DNA of 64,000 nucleotides. It comes from an uncultured Candidatus Entotheonella sp. (GTDB lineage Bacteria; Tectomicrobia; Entotheonellia; Entotheonellales; Entotheonellaceae). Position 1 is the first letter of the stretch. Each line of letters starts with the position of its first letter. The notes beneath the pieces are model-generated. The model ran no database searches. It was not told the DNA's origin and was given only the letters and a program-made list of their open reading frames with translations. The translations under genes and the position numbers were made by a program. The stretch is from assembly GCA_965217185.1 (NCBI GenBank), contig OZ244252.1, positions 224,001 through 288,000 on the forward strand, read 5' to 3'. This document shows, piece after piece, positions 50,102 through 60,476 of the stretch.

Positions 50102-50374
50102 TTACCGCATGTTTCCCAACAAGGTGCGGTCCTTTACGGACAGGACTCTGCCGTCCTCGTCTTGAATCCGTACAGCCTTGTAGGATCGTGAGGCCTGTCC
50201 ACCCAGAACAGAACCGATGTTTCGATTCCATGATCGAGAAAATCCAATCGTCACGACCCAGTTATCCGATTGATCAAAATCAACCTCTTCGAGGCCAACG
50301 TCAACAATGCCTTCTTCTCCAAATAGTTCAATGATGTAATTCTTTGCGACCTGCACCGCTTCTTTCGCATCCAT
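50102..50374 (-). CDS. Small hypothetical protein, partner of the PIN gene
   Basis: MDAKEAVQVAKNY...GLEEVDFD...WVVTIGF...YKAVRI, 90 aa. Stop is 4 nt from the PIN start. Confidence 0.75.
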   Translation of the reverse strand: MDAKEAVQVAKNYIIELFGEEGIVDVGLEEVDFDQSDNWVVTIGFSRSWNRNIGSVLGGQASRSYKAVRIQDEDGRVLSVKDRTLLGNMR

Positions 50375-50405
50375 TTGATCCCCCTGTTCCTCAATCAACT
50401 CGTGA

Positions 50406-53168
50406 CTACCGCCCATGTCCCCGTCGTCTCGGCTTCCCCCGCCTCGCTGCTTCAAGTGGCGTCCGCATTTTCTCATAGAGCATGAACAGATGCTTGACGC
50501 GCTCGCGCTCCGAGGCGAAGCCACCGGGCCGGTAGAGGCGGTCCACGGCGCGGTCGAGGGCTTGGTGCGCCCGGCGCAGGTTGGGCGGCATGAGGTCAGG
50601 GTCGTAGAGTTCGGCGAGCGTTGCGCCCGGGTGGGTGGCGCGGGCGTCGAGCACGGCTTGCGCAAGGGGTTCCAGTTTCGACAGATTCGCACCTTTGGGC
50701 AGCATCGGGAACGTGTTGTAGACGAGGCCGATGGAGTAGCGGTAATCGCTTTTCAAACGTCCGCCGATGTGGCGCAGCCAGGCCATGTGCATGGTGGAGG
50801 TCAGCAGCGCGAAGTCGGCGAGGGCGGCATCCTGAAGCACGAAGACGAGATCGCTCGGAATCGTCGGCGGTTCCAGCCAGCCGATGGGCACGTACTCCCG
50901 CCGCTCGGAACTCACTTTGGGGATGACCAGAAACGGCGCGGCGGGAAGCACGTTCACGTGATAGAGCGTCGGCGTTTCCGCCAGTTTCACCGTGGGCCTG
51001 CTCTTGCTGGCCTGACGGTACGTGCGGACGGCAACGATGCGTTCCCGCACGCGCGGCAATCGCGCCAACACATTGGGCGCTGCATCATGCAGGGCGAGAA
51101 TCCAGCGCTTGTCGCCTTGCAGGTATTCGCGGGCACCGACAAAAGGGTGCAGGAAAGGCGCGGCGTCCGGTTCTGTTTCCAGTAACGCATCCCGCTCTCC
51201 GGCACTGAAAATGTAGTGGCCGCCATCGATGGGCTTGGAACCAATGATCAGCTTCCCCATCCCGTTGATCGGTCCGCTTGCCTCGTGCACGATCAGGTGC
51301 GAATCGGACAGGCCGCCGGCATCGAACAGGTACGGCGACAGCGCCGGGTGGCGCGTCTCTTCCGGGTCGCCGTTGAGGTCGGGATAGGAAAACAGCCGCT
51401 TCTCGTTGCGCGTGTTGGCGCGCCGGTCCAGGCCGAGGATGACGACGTGCACGTGCGCCTTGCCGCGTGCGTCCGAGCCCCAGGCGAAAGTGCGGTGCGC
51501 GAAGGCGATCTCCAGCCCGCAGCGGTCGAACAGGATCGGCCACAGCTGCCCGACCTGCTCGCCCTGCGTCGTCGAATTGGTGGCCACGAAGCCGATGCGA
51601 GTCTGGCCCTTCGCGTAAGCCCCCGCCTTGATAAGCCAGGCCGAGACGTAATCCAGCGTGCCGCCGCTGCCGCCCAGGCCCGCGATACGGCGCACCTGCG
51701 CGCGCTGCTCAGCGGTCTGGTATTTTGCGCCGACGAAGGGCGGATTGCCCAGCACGTAGGTGCACTGTTTCGCCGGCAGCACTTCCGACCAGTCCATTTC
51801 CAGGGCGTCGCCGTGGGCGATATGCGGCGCCTTCTGCAAGGGGATGCGCCGGTAGAGCCGTCCGAACTCCAGGCTGAAGCGGTTGTTCATGATGTGGTCC
51901 ATGATCCACAGCGCGATTTCCGCAATACGGGCCGGGAACTCGCCGAGCTCGATGCCGTAGAACTGATCGACATCCACGCGGGACAAGTACGCCACGGCGC
52001 GAAGCTCTCGAAGGATGTCGATCTCAAGCAGGCGCAGTTCCCGATAGGAGATGATGAGGAAGTTGCCGCAGCCGCAGGCCGGGTCGAGGAATCGCAGTTG
52101 GCCCAGCTTCTCCTGGAATCGCAGCAAATCGACGCGGCGGCGGTTGTCCCGACGGGACTTCAGGCGCGCGAATTCGGCACGCAAGTCGTCCAGGAACAGC
52201 GGCTCGATGACCTTCAGGATGTTCTGTTCGGTGGTGTAGTGGGCGCCCTGGGCGCGGCGCTCCGCCGGCTCCATGACCGATTGGAACAGCGCCCCGAAGA
52301 TGGCCGGCGAGATGTTCGACCAATCGAAGCGGCAGGCGTTGAGCAGCGCCGCCCGCATGGCCGCGTCGAAGAACGGGATGGACAATGGCCCGTCGAACAG
52401 GGCGCCGTTGACGTAGGGGAAGCGGGCGAGGTCTTCGTCGAGGGTTGTCTGGCGCTCGGCTTCCGGGGTGTTCAGCACCTGGAACAGTTCAGTCAGCCGC
52501 GAGCCGGTGTCCGAGCCATCCTCGCTGGTGCGGGTTTCGATGAAGTCCAGGAAGATGTCGCGCGGCTCGAAGATGCCGGTGTCGTCGGCGAACAGGCAGA
52601 AGACGATGCGCACCAGGAAGCGTTCCAGGTCGTGGCCCTGGTAGCCCGAGGCGGCGAGCGCGTCGTGCAGCAGCCCCACCAACTCGGCGGCTTTGATGTT
52701 GGCCGGGTCCTGATCGCGGAAGGTGCGGCGCTGCACGCCGAGGATGAAGCCGAATTTCTCGACGTGGGCGTGCAGGTCGGCGAGCGCAAAGGCGGCGGTG
52801 TCTCGTTCGTCGAGGTCGTGCAACTCGAAGGTCTGGAAGTCGCTGACCAGGACGTAGCGGGGACGCTGGTTCTCGGGCAGGGCGTCGACGTAGTCTCCGG
52901 CCTGCTCGTAGGCGCGGGCGAGGTCGCGCCCGGCGCTTTTCTGCTCGACGATCAGGACACCGGGCCAGAACAGGTCGATGAAGCCGCGCCGGTCGTCCAG
53001 CTTCGCCACGTGAGCCTCGTAGCGCGCGACGGTGCGGCGCTCGACCCCGAAGATCTGGAAGAAGTCGTTGTAGAAGCTCTGCGTTTCGCCCTTCTCGTAG
53101 GCCGCCTCCCGCCACTTGTCGGCGAAGGCGGCGGCGCGAACGCGAACTTCATTCCAGGATAGGCGCAT
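50406..53168 (-). CDS. MmeI-like type IIL restriction-modification enzyme
   Basis: N-terminal IDLFWPG..VEQKS nuclease, GAHYT, DPACGCGNF, GNPPF, C-terminal TRD; 920 aa. Confidence 0.92.
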   Translation of the reverse strand: MRLSWNEVRVRAAAFADKWREAAYEKGETQSFYNDFFQIFGVERRTVARYEAHVAKLDDRRGFIDLFWPGVLIVEQKSAGRDLARAYEQAGDYVDALPENQRPRYVLVSDFQTFELHDLDERDTAAFALADLHAHVEKFGFILGVQRRTFRDQDPANIKAAELVGLLHDALAASGYQGHDLERFLVRIVFCLFADDTGIFEPRDIFLDFIETRTSEDGSDTGSRLTELFQVLNTPEAERQTTLDEDLARFPYVNGALFDGPLSIPFFDAAMRAALLNACRFDWSNISPAIFGALFQSVMEPAERRAQGAHYTTEQNILKVIEPLFLDDLRAEFARLKSRRDNRRRVDLLRFQEKLGQLRFLDPACGCGNFLIISYRELRLLEIDILRELRAVAYLSRVDVDQFYGIELGEFPARIAEIALWIMDHIMNNRFSLEFGRLYRRIPLQKAPHIAHGDALEMDWSEVLPAKQCTYVLGNPPFVGAKYQTAEQRAQVRRIAGLGGSGGTLDYVSAWLIKAGAYAKGQTRIGFVATNSTTQGEQVGQLWPILFDRCGLEIAFAHRTFAWGSDARGKAHVHVVILGLDRRANTRNEKRLFSYPDLNGDPEETRHPALSPYLFDAGGLSDSHLIVHEASGPINGMGKLIIGSKPIDGGHYIFSAGERDALLETEPDAAPFLHPFVGAREYLQGDKRWILALHDAAPNVLARLPRVRERIVAVRTYRQASKSRPTVKLAETPTLYHVNVLPAAPFLVIPKVSSERREYVPIGWLEPPTIPSDLVFVLQDAALADFALLTSTMHMAWLRHIGGRLKSDYRYSIGLVYNTFPMLPKGANLSKLEPLAQAVLDARATHPGATLAELYDPDLMPPNLRRAHQALDRAVDRLYRPGGFASERERVKHLFMLYEKMRTPLEAARRGKPRRRGHGR

Positions 53169-53290
53169 GGTGTTAGTCTGAACGATGAGTCATTAGGCAA
53201 GCCAAGCAAGAGGCAGGGCGGTGGGGCAAGCGATTCACCTGTTTTTCAATTAACACCATACTGTTCGGGCCTGGGCATCCCGTTATGGCG

Positions 53291-53509
53291 CTATTCGGAA
53301 TGGGTCTCACGTTCCCTTGACCGAGTTGCTGTCGGGGGTGACTGGCCGGTGCCTCCTTCAGGTGGCTTAGGTAGGTTTTGGGTTGATTGCTCGTTCTGGG
53401 GAGCCTGGGCACTGTTTACTGGTTGGCACCCTTTCTCAAATGGACGATACCCACGCCGCGTCTCACCGGACTGCGTCGATGTTGTCGTATTCGGACGATT
53501 CCTTGCCAT
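53291..53509 (-). CDS. Small low-complexity hypothetical protein
   Basis: 72 aa with RGYRP..KGCQP...PKPPEGGTG. ATG lies 4 nt after the upstream stop; GAGG RBS. Confidence 0.55.
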   Translation of the reverse strand: MARNRPNTTTSTQSGETRRGYRPFEKGCQPVNSAQAPQNEQSTQNLPKPPEGGTGQSPPTATRSRERETHSE

Positions 53510-53513
53510 TGCG

Positions 53514-54113
53514 CTATTCCTCTGGAAGGGTGAAAAACTCGATCAGATCATACTGATCCTTTCGTATGATTACTCCTCTCGATCGATTCACGGGTTCCTT
53601 GAATTTTCCATCTTCATCCACACGAGATACGGCTTCCAGATAAATTTCACCCTCTGTTGGAAACGATGCCGCATAGGACTGGAAACCGTAGTATCCACCG
53701 ATCTTAGAACCATTCTTGAGTTGCACCAAGACGAAAACTCGCTCCCGGCGTCCGAAGAAGTAATCCCAGGCAGTTGGATACGGCAACTGAATCTTCGAAG
53801 CCAACCACTGCCATCTCAAGAGACGCTGAAACAAAAAAGGCCAAGCTGCTGGTATCGCAAGCAAGACCACCATCAAGCCTGTCGTGTACCAGTAAGGATG
53901 ATTCTCCAGAAAATCATCCCTGTGAATCGGTACGAGAATCGGCAAGCACACAGCGAGGTTGAGGCTGCTGTAAAAAAGGGCCTGTACAAGTCCGGTCTTC
54001 CATTCAATCTCTCGCGCCGCGAAAAGAAGCCGGTATACGTGCATGGAAACGAGCCCGGGTACCACCAAGACAAGAAATAGTGAGTACGACTCCAGATCAG
54101 GAGCGATTTTCAT
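53514..54113 (-). CDS. DUF6338-like membrane protein
   Basis: LVVPGLVS, three TM segments, PTAWDYFF, LKNGSKIGG, ASFP...IYLE. Confidence 0.75.
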   Translation of the reverse strand: MKIAPDLESYSLFLVLVVPGLVSMHVYRLLFAAREIEWKTGLVQALFYSSLNLAVCLPILVPIHRDDFLENHPYWYTTGLMVVLLAIPAAWPFLFQRLLRWQWLASKIQLPYPTAWDYFFGRRERVFVLVQLKNGSKIGGYYGFQSYAASFPTEGEIYLEAVSRVDEDGKFKEPVNRSRGVIIRKDQYDLIEFFTLPEE

Positions 54114-54181
54114 ATTGCGGTCTCTTCAGAAAATGCCGATGTCGTCGACGGGCCGAGCTTGTTTCACGACAGTCGCACGGC

Positions 54182-55111
54182 CTACACGGCTTCCTGCTCG
54201 AAATAGTCTTCGTCGATCCGTTTGATCTCATGGCGAATCCGGGTGCGCACGCCGATATCATGCTCGACCATCAGGCGGGCCAGTTCTTCCCCGTCGATCA
54301 GGACGATGCGCTTCGGACTCCGCTTTACATACTCCTTGGCAGCGGGTGTGAAAGCGGCGGTGGTAACGAAGACGCCCTTGGTCGTGCCTGCCGCGTCGAT
54401 CGCCCCGGCGAAGTTTCGCAGGTCGCTTTCGCCCACGGTGTGACCGTCGGCATACTTCTTCGCCTGAATATAAACCTCGTCCAGACCGAGTGTGTCCTCC
54501 TTGATCGTGCCGTCAATCCCGCCATCGCCTGAACGTCCGGTGACATGGCCCATCGCGGCATCGCCGCCGCCGTAGCCCATCGCGATCAACAGGTCAACGA
54601 TCACCTGTTCGAGAAACGCTGGGGCCGCTTTACGAACCCGGTCCAGCACCTCGGCTTCCAGCGCATCGCGCAATTGCTGGACGGCATGATGCAATGCCTC
54701 TTCCGGGGTGTCCGTGGATTCGTCGGGTGGTGCGGGTTTGGCGTCCTTACTTGGCGAAGGCGTAATCGCTTTCTTTGTCCCTTCCCAAAAACCCGGGTAG
54801 GTGCGGAGTACCTCCAGATCAACCCGCGCAGGTGTCTGGGCTAGCAACCGCTTGCCTTCCGCTGTCAACCGATAGACGCCGCGGCGTATTCGTTCCACCA
54901 GATTGGCGCGCCCCATGTATTGCATTGCCCAATGCACCCGGTCTACGAACACTGTCCGGCTACCACCGGGAAGCATCTCCCGCAGGCTGTCTGGCGTCAG
55001 CGCTTCGGCTTTAGCGACACCCTTACGCACCTCGGAAATCGGTGTTTCCGCAACATCGGCGAGTGCCCTGAGCACTGGTAGCATGAGTGATTGATAGTCA
55101 GGAACAGGCAT
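54182..55111 (-). CDS. mrr: Mrr-family type IV restriction endonuclease
   Basis: PDYQSLMLPVL, DRVHWA..Y, TPEE, DGGIDG, IQAKKY, KGVFVTT, LIDG. Confidence 0.93.
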   Translation of the reverse strand: MPVPDYQSLMLPVLRALADVAETPISEVRKGVAKAEALTPDSLREMLPGGSRTVFVDRVHWAMQYMGRANLVERIRRGVYRLTAEGKRLLAQTPARVDLEVLRTYPGFWEGTKKAITPSPSKDAKPAPPDESTDTPEEALHHAVQQLRDALEAEVLDRVRKAAPAFLEQVIVDLLIAMGYGGGDAAMGHVTGRSGDGGIDGTIKEDTLGLDEVYIQAKKYADGHTVGESDLRNFAGAIDAAGTTKGVFVTTAAFTPAAKEYVKRSPKRIVLIDGEELARLMVEHDIGVRTRIRHEIKRIDEDYFEQEAV

Positions 55112-55164
55112 CAGTTGTCCTATAAGCAAGTCATCCGAGATACAGAGCGCAGGGGCGGTTCGTC

Positions 55165-55494
55165 TTAGCAGGTGTCGTCTACGGTGTCGCGGTCGAGCTC
55201 CGCGGCTAGGTTGCGGGCGCCGTGGAGAAGGCGCGCAACTCGAATGCCGTCATCTGTGGATTCATAGACGATGATGAAGCGCTTCATCACGACGAAGTAG
55301 CGGAACGTGTGTCCTGGCGGATCGAGGTCTTTGTTGGTGCGGCCGAGAAGGGGAGATGCTGCGAGAGTGTCCAGCGTCGCCTGGAACTGTTCGCGCAGCC
55401 GGCGAGCCGATCGGACGCCAAACCGCCTCACGGTGTAGGCTGTGATTTCCCTGCGATCAAGCCTGGCCGCCATGGAAAGAACGACCCGGCTCAT
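55165..55494 (-). CDS. ParE/RelE-family toxin
   Basis: [28 protein letters not shown]...[11 protein letters not shown]. 4-nt overlap with the antitoxin. Confidence 0.88.
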   Translation of the reverse strand: MSRVVLSMAARLDRREITAYTVRRFGVRSARRLREQFQATLDTLAASPLLGRTNKDLDPPGHTFRYFVVMKRFIIVYESTDDGIRVARLLHGARNLAAELDRDTVDDTC

Positions 55495-55787
55495 TCGGAC
55501 GCTCGGCGTTCGGCTTCTTCCAGAGCGTCCAGTTCCTCTTCCCATTCACGGAAGAAGGTCTCGCCGTCCACAACTTCGCCCCGGTCAAGTTGGCCGGCGC
55601 CCTCCCGGATAAGCGTGCGGAGCCGCATGAGCTCGGCTTGGCGCCGCTCTTGTCGATCTTCGAGCAGTCGCACGGCTTCCCTTACCACCTCGCTCGTCGA
55701 CTGGTAACGCCCCGACGCGACGCAGGAGGCGAGGAACTCAGCCTGCTGCGGCGTGAAGGACACGCTTATGTTTTCTCGCTTCGCCAC
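55491..55787 (-). CDS. ParD-like ribbon-helix-helix antitoxin
   Basis: ISVSFTP...[23 protein letters not shown] start after GGAG. Confidence 0.9.
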   Translation of the reverse strand: MAKRENISVSFTPQQAEFLASCVASGRYQSTSEVVREAVRLLEDRQERRQAELMRLRTLIREGAGQLDRGEVVDGETFFREWEEELDALEEAERRASE

Positions 55788-55904
55788 CTAGGACTCCTCC
55801 ATCTGCGCGTAGGCTGTCTGACATTGTGGCACACGGTTTTATAAAGGCGCGCTTCGGAAATGGGTGTCTTTCTCCGCCCCGGGGGTCGTCCACACTCCAG
55901 AACA

Positions 55905-56720
55905 CTACACGGCGACGGGGAATTTAATGAAGGCGTGGCAGCGGTAATCCAGCAGGGTGAAATCCTCGAAGCGCAGGTCGAAGAAGGGCTTGCGGCGGAT
56001 TTGGACGCGGGGCAGGGGAAACGGCTCGCGCTTCAACTGGGTGCGCAGGCCGTCCACGTGGTCGAGGTAGATGTGGGCGTCGCCGAGGGTGTGGACGAAG
56101 ACGCCCGGCTGCAGGTCGCACTCCTGCGCCACCATCATGAGGAGCAGGGCGTAGCTGGCGATGTTGAACGGCACGCCGACCGCCAGATCGGCCGAGCGCT
56201 GATACACTTGCAGGTCGAGCCGCTCGTCGGCGACGTAGAACTGCATCAACAGGTGGCACGGCGGCAGGGCCATGTCGGGCAGATCGGCGACGTTCCAGGC
56301 GCTCACGACGATGCGTCGGGAGTATGGCTCGTTCTTGATGGTGTCAATCGCCTGACGGATTTGATCGACGTGGCTCTCCGTGAGTTCGCCCGTCTCCTTG
56401 TTCCGCGCATAGCGCGGCCACTTGCGCCACTGGTATCCGTAGATGGGGCCTAATTCGCCGTCATCGTTGGCCCACGGGTTCCAGATGGGGGTGTGGGCCG
56501 CCAAGCCGTCGTGGATGTTGGTCGAGCCGCGCAGGAACCACAAAAGCTCCCGCAGCACGGCGTCAAACAGCACCTTCTTGGTGGTGACGAGCGGGAAGCC
56601 CTGCCGCAGGTCGTAGCGCGCCTGTAGTCCGAACAGGGACAGCGCCTTCATCTCCGTGCGATTGGCCCGCTCCACGCCGTTGTCCAGCACATTGCGAATG
56701 AGTTCCAAATAGGCCTTCAC
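55905..56720 (-). CDS. thyA: Thymidylate synthase
   Basis: [54 protein letters not shown] start at 56720. Confidence 0.96.
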   Translation of the reverse strand: MKAYLELIRNVLDNGVERANRTEMKALSLFGLQARYDLRQGFPLVTTKKVLFDAVLRELLWFLRGSTNIHDGLAAHTPIWNPWANDDGELGPIYGYQWRKWPRYARNKETGELTESHVDQIRQAIDTIKNEPYSRRIVVSAWNVADLPDMALPPCHLLMQFYVADERLDLQVYQRSADLAVGVPFNIASYALLLMMVAQECDLQPGVFVHTLGDAHIYLDHVDGLRTQLKREPFPLPRVQIRRKPFFDLRFEDFTLLDYRCHAFIKFPVAV

Positions 56721-56919
56721 GCTACCACTCCGACCACCTTCAGCACGCCGCGAAACATGGTATACTCCCCGCCGCTCACGCGAGAGAACAGAATCGGCGC
56801 ATTTTTCCACACCCCTTGTACCTCGTCAATGCGGGTTCCCCGCGTTCGCCTTACGTTCTCAGAAGCTCAGAAGTCGCCCATTGTTTAATGGCCCTCAATG
56901 AAATACGGAGATTTTTGTC

Positions 56920-57954
56920 ATGACGTTATACCCGCTTGCCGTCCCCGCCCGTTGGCTAACCTTGTTGCCCTGCGCCATGCTGCTCCTGCCGTTTTGCCTG
57001 CCGGCACTGGCCGCTGACCTGCCCGAGGTGGTCGCGACGGTACACGACCAGCCCATTTCCGCGGAAGAGCTGAGCGCCTCCATGCGCGGCCAGCTCCTGC
57101 AGATGGACATGGAGCGTTACGAGGCCATGAAGGCACAACTCGACTCCCTCGTCGCCGAGCGCCTCACCGCCCTGGAAGCGGCGGAGCGCGGCATGAGCGT
57201 GGAGGAATTCGAGCGCGTCGAAGTTTTCGCCAAAATGGAGCCCGTAACCCCCGAACAAGTCAGGGCCTTTTACGACGGCAACAAAGAACGGCTGTCGCGC
57301 CCGTTCGAGGAATTGGAGGGTCGCATCATGGCTCACCTGCAGCGACAGTCGGAGGCCCGGCGCCGCGCGGCATTGGGGCGCGAATTGCGGCAACGCTACC
57401 CGGTGAAGATTGCGCTGGCACCGCCCCGGGCTGACGTTGGCGCCGATGACGACCCGTTCATGGGGCCGCAGGACGCACCCGTCACCCTGGTCGAATTTTC
57501 CGATTTCCAATGCCCCTACTGCCGCCGCGTGCAGTCCGTGCTCAAGCGGCTCATGACCGCCTACCACGGCCAGTTGAAGCTCGTCTTCCGCGATTTTCCG
57601 CTGCGGCAGATTCACCCGGAGGCGCAAAAGGCCGCCGAAGCCGCGCAATGCGCCAACGATCAGGGGCAGTTCTGGCAATATCACGACCGCCTGTTCGCTG
57701 TAACCGAGCTGGGGGTCGAGGCCCTCAAGCAATACGCCGTGGAACTGGGTCTCGACGCTGAGGGCTTCAACACCTGCCTGGATTCCGAAAAATACAGCCA
57801 AGAGGTGCAGAAAGATATTGACGATGCCATTGCCGCCGGGGTCAACGCCACACCGTCGTTTTTCGTCAATGGCCTGCCGATCAACGGCGCCGTGCCCTTC
57901 GAGCGCTTCGTGGAGATGGTCGAGCTGGCGTTGGAGCGGGCCAACGGCCAATAA
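56920..57954 (+). CDS. DsbA-family thiol-disulfide oxidoreductase with SurA-like N-terminal region
   Basis: Signal peptide, EFSDFQCPYC, FRDFPL..HP, GVNATPSFFVNG. Confidence 0.9.
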   Translation: MTLYPLAVPARWLTLLPCAMLLLPFCLPALAADLPEVVATVHDQPISAEELSASMRGQLLQMDMERYEAMKAQLDSLVAERLTALEAAERGMSVEEFERVEVFAKMEPVTPEQVRAFYDGNKERLSRPFEELEGRIMAHLQRQSEARRRAALGRELRQRYPVKIALAPPRADVGADDDPFMGPQDAPVTLVEFSDFQCPYCRRVQSVLKRLMTAYHGQLKLVFRDFPLRQIHPEAQKAAEAAQCANDQGQFWQYHDRLFAVTELGVEALKQYAVELGLDAEGFNTCLDSEKYSQEVQKDIDDAIAAGVNATPSFFVNGLPINGAVPFERFVEMVELALERANGQ

Positions 57955-57995
57955 AGCGGTGGTGTCAGGGCAAGGAGAGGGGTTGAGGAGGTAGC

Positions 57996-58826
57996 ATGGA
58001 GGTCTCAGAGGCTCGGCGCCGTTTTACGGCGTACATCGCGCGCGCGCCGGAGGACTTCCGCTTGGCCGAAGGGGCGCTTCTCATTGCTCTGGAAGCCTAT
58101 CCCGACCTCGACGTCGATGCCTGTCTGCGACGCCTCGACGGCATGGCGGAAACGATCTCGGCCCGCCTGGGCCTGGAGCTCGAACCCCGCCGCATCGTGT
58201 CGCACATCAACGCCTTTCTCTTCAAAGAACAGGGCTTTCGCGACAATCGCAGGGACTACTACGACACCCGCAACAGCTTCCTGAACGAGGTGCTGGACCG
58301 CAAGGTCGGCATCCCGATCACCCTCTCCATTGTCTATCTCGACATCGGCCGCCGCATTGGCCTGCCGGTCAACGGCGTCGGCCTGCCGGGACACTTCGTC
58401 GTGCAATACGGCGCCCAACCCGAGCCGTTCTACATTGACCCGTTTCACGGTGGCAAGATTCTCTCGAAACAGGACTGCGCTGCCCGCGTAGCGCAAATCT
58501 ACGGCCAGGACCTGCCGTGGCAGGAGTCGTATCTCGACGCGGTCAGCGACCTGCACATCCTGGCGCGCGTGCTGAACAATCTGAAAGTCATCTACGTGCG
58601 CAAGGGTGCCCACGAATTGGCCCTCGGCGCTGTGGATCGCCTCATTCTCCTGAAACCGGATGTTCCCTCCGAAATACGTGATCGCGGTCTGTTGCGCGCT
58701 CAGCTTGGCCAACTGCGCAGAGCCCTGGAAGACCTGACCACCTATCTGGAAGCTTGTCCCGAGGCGCCCGATGTCCCGGCTATGCGTCGCCACGTTGCGG
58801 CGCTGCAGCGGGGCCTGCGCGGCTGA
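57996..58826 (+). CDS. SirB1/transglutaminase-like TPR protein
   Basis: NSFLNEVLDRKVGIPITLS, GVGLPGHF, IDPF, EIRDRGLL. Confidence 0.88.
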   Translation: MEVSEARRRFTAYIARAPEDFRLAEGALLIALEAYPDLDVDACLRRLDGMAETISARLGLELEPRRIVSHINAFLFKEQGFRDNRRDYYDTRNSFLNEVLDRKVGIPITLSIVYLDIGRRIGLPVNGVGLPGHFVVQYGAQPEPFYIDPFHGGKILSKQDCAARVAQIYGQDLPWQESYLDAVSDLHILARVLNNLKVIYVRKGAHELALGAVDRLILLKPDVPSEIRDRGLLRAQLGQLRRALEDLTTYLEACPEAPDVPAMRRHVAALQRGLRG

Positions 58827-58964
58827 ACAGGCCGACGCAAGCGGCTATTTTTCGCTGGTTTCGCGCCCTCTCGCAGATATAATGAACCGCGTTTGTACCG
58901 TACCGACGGCACCTCGCAGGAGGCCGACAAACACGCGCAGCAGCGCGCTGCAAAGGAGAGTTGC

Positions 58965-60410
58965 ATGGCGCTCAGAACGCCACAGGAATACATCGCCAGC
59001 CTGCAAGACGGGCGCGTGGTCTACTACAAAGGGGAGCGGGTGAAGGACGTGACCAGCCACCCCACCCTGAGCGTCGCCGTCAAGCACGCCTGCATCGACT
59101 ACGAGATGGCGGAGGACCCGACACACCGCGACCTCGCCGTCATCGACGACGACCACGTCGGCGAAACCATCAGCCGCTACTACCATCTGCCCCGCAACAG
59201 CGACGACCTGCTCAAGCGCAGCAAGCTCATCGAGACCGCTACCGCCCTGGGCCGCACCCTGGTGGTGCTGATCAAGGAGATCGGCACCGATGCCCTCTTC
59301 GCCCTGCACATGGTGGCGCGGCACATGGACGACAGCCTCAAGACCGATTACCTGCCGCGCGTGCAGGCGTTTTACCGCCACTGCGCCACCCAGGACTTGG
59401 CCATCGCCGTGGCCCAGACCGACGTGAAGGGCGACCGCGGCCGGCCGCCTTCGCAGCAGATTCATCCCGATTACTACGTGCGTATCGTCGACGAAAGGCC
59501 GGACGGCATCGTGGTGCGCGGCGCCAAAATCCACACCTCGGTGATGACCAATTCCAACGAGGTGATCGTGTTGCCGACGCGCAACATGTCCGAGGCCGAC
59601 CGCGATTACGCCGTGGCCTTCGCCATCCCCGTCGACACCCCCGGTCTGAAGATGATCTGCAGCCCGTACGGCGCGCCGCGGCACGGCAACTTCGATCACC
59701 CCATCACCTCACGGCACAAGATGACCGAAACGCTGACGGTGTTTGACGACGTGTTCGTGCCGCGCGAGCGGGTCTTCCTGCAAAAGGAGTGGCAATACGC
59801 CGGCGTGCTGGCCAAGACGTTCGTCGAGTTTCACCGCTTCACCGCCATCTCCTACAAGCTGCCCCTCACCGACACCCTGGCGGGCGCCGCGCAACTGATC
59901 GCCGACTACAACGGCCTGCTGCGGGCCGGCCACATCCGCGAGAAGATCACCCGCCTCATCGCCTATACGCAAACCCTGCGCGCCCTCACCACGCAGGCCG
60001 CTCTGGCCTGTCGCGTGGCCGAGGAGGGCATCGCGGTGCCCAGTCCGCTGCTGGTCAATATCGCCAAGCTGCACTTCGCCGAGAATTATCACGAGATGAT
60101 CGGCGCCCTGCAGGACATCAGCGGCGGCATCCTGGTGACGGCGCCCGGCGAGGAGGACCTGCTGAACCCGGAGACACGCCCCCTCATCGAGAAATACCTC
60201 GGGGGCCGGGAAGGGGTGTCGGCTGCGGACCGCCTGCGGGCGCTCAACATGATTTCGGAGTTGACGGCGGCGGATTTCGGGGGTTATCAGGCGGTGCTGG
60301 CGATCCACGCCGAGGGGTCCATCGAGGCGGAAAAGATGACCATTCACCGCGAATACGATTTTCAGGACAGTCTCAAGCTCGCCAAATACGTGGCCGGCCT
60401 CGACACCTGA
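58965..60410 (+). CDS. HpaB/AbfD-family flavoprotein, probably the oxygenase of a two-component monooxygenase
   Basis: AQTDVKGDR, DGIVVRGAKIHTS, YAVAFAIP, VFDDVFVP.ERVF. Lacks the CxxxC Fe-S ligands of AbfD; a flavin reductase gene follows. Confidence 0.85.
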   Translation: MALRTPQEYIASLQDGRVVYYKGERVKDVTSHPTLSVAVKHACIDYEMAEDPTHRDLAVIDDDHVGETISRYYHLPRNSDDLLKRSKLIETATALGRTLVVLIKEIGTDALFALHMVARHMDDSLKTDYLPRVQAFYRHCATQDLAIAVAQTDVKGDRGRPPSQQIHPDYYVRIVDERPDGIVVRGAKIHTSVMTNSNEVIVLPTRNMSEADRDYAVAFAIPVDTPGLKMICSPYGAPRHGNFDHPITSRHKMTETLTVFDDVFVPRERVFLQKEWQYAGVLAKTFVEFHRFTAISYKLPLTDTLAGAAQLIADYNGLLRAGHIREKITRLIAYTQTLRALTTQAALACRVAEEGIAVPSPLLVNIAKLHFAENYHEMIGALQDISGGILVTAPGEEDLLNPETRPLIEKYLGGREGVSAADRLRALNMISELTAADFGGYQAVLAIHAEGSIEAEKMTIHREYDFQDSLKLAKYVAGLDT

Positions 60411-60476
60411 GGCGCGCCGCGCACGAGCCCCGGCATCGCCCGGGTGTCCTCGTTCTAAGTCCAGAAGGGAAATACT

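Noticed and set aside
51216..53162. Long antisense ORFs (648 aa here; also 37161-38894, 24830-26323, 40832-42115 and others)
   Set aside because: Shadow frames of well-supported genes in high-GC DNA, with no recognisable motifs.
49587..55164. Integron cassette array, suggested by co-oriented TA and RM genes
   Set aside because: No repeated attC-like RYYYAAC...GTTRRRY structures between the genes and no integrase.
54182..55913. Shared CTACACGGC at the 3' ends of mrr and thyA as att-like repeats
   Set aside because: Only 9 bp, explained by both proteins ending Ala-Val-stop.
56803..56811. Single DnaA-like box TTTTCCACA upstream of thyA
   Set aside because: An isolated 9-mer is compatible with chance.
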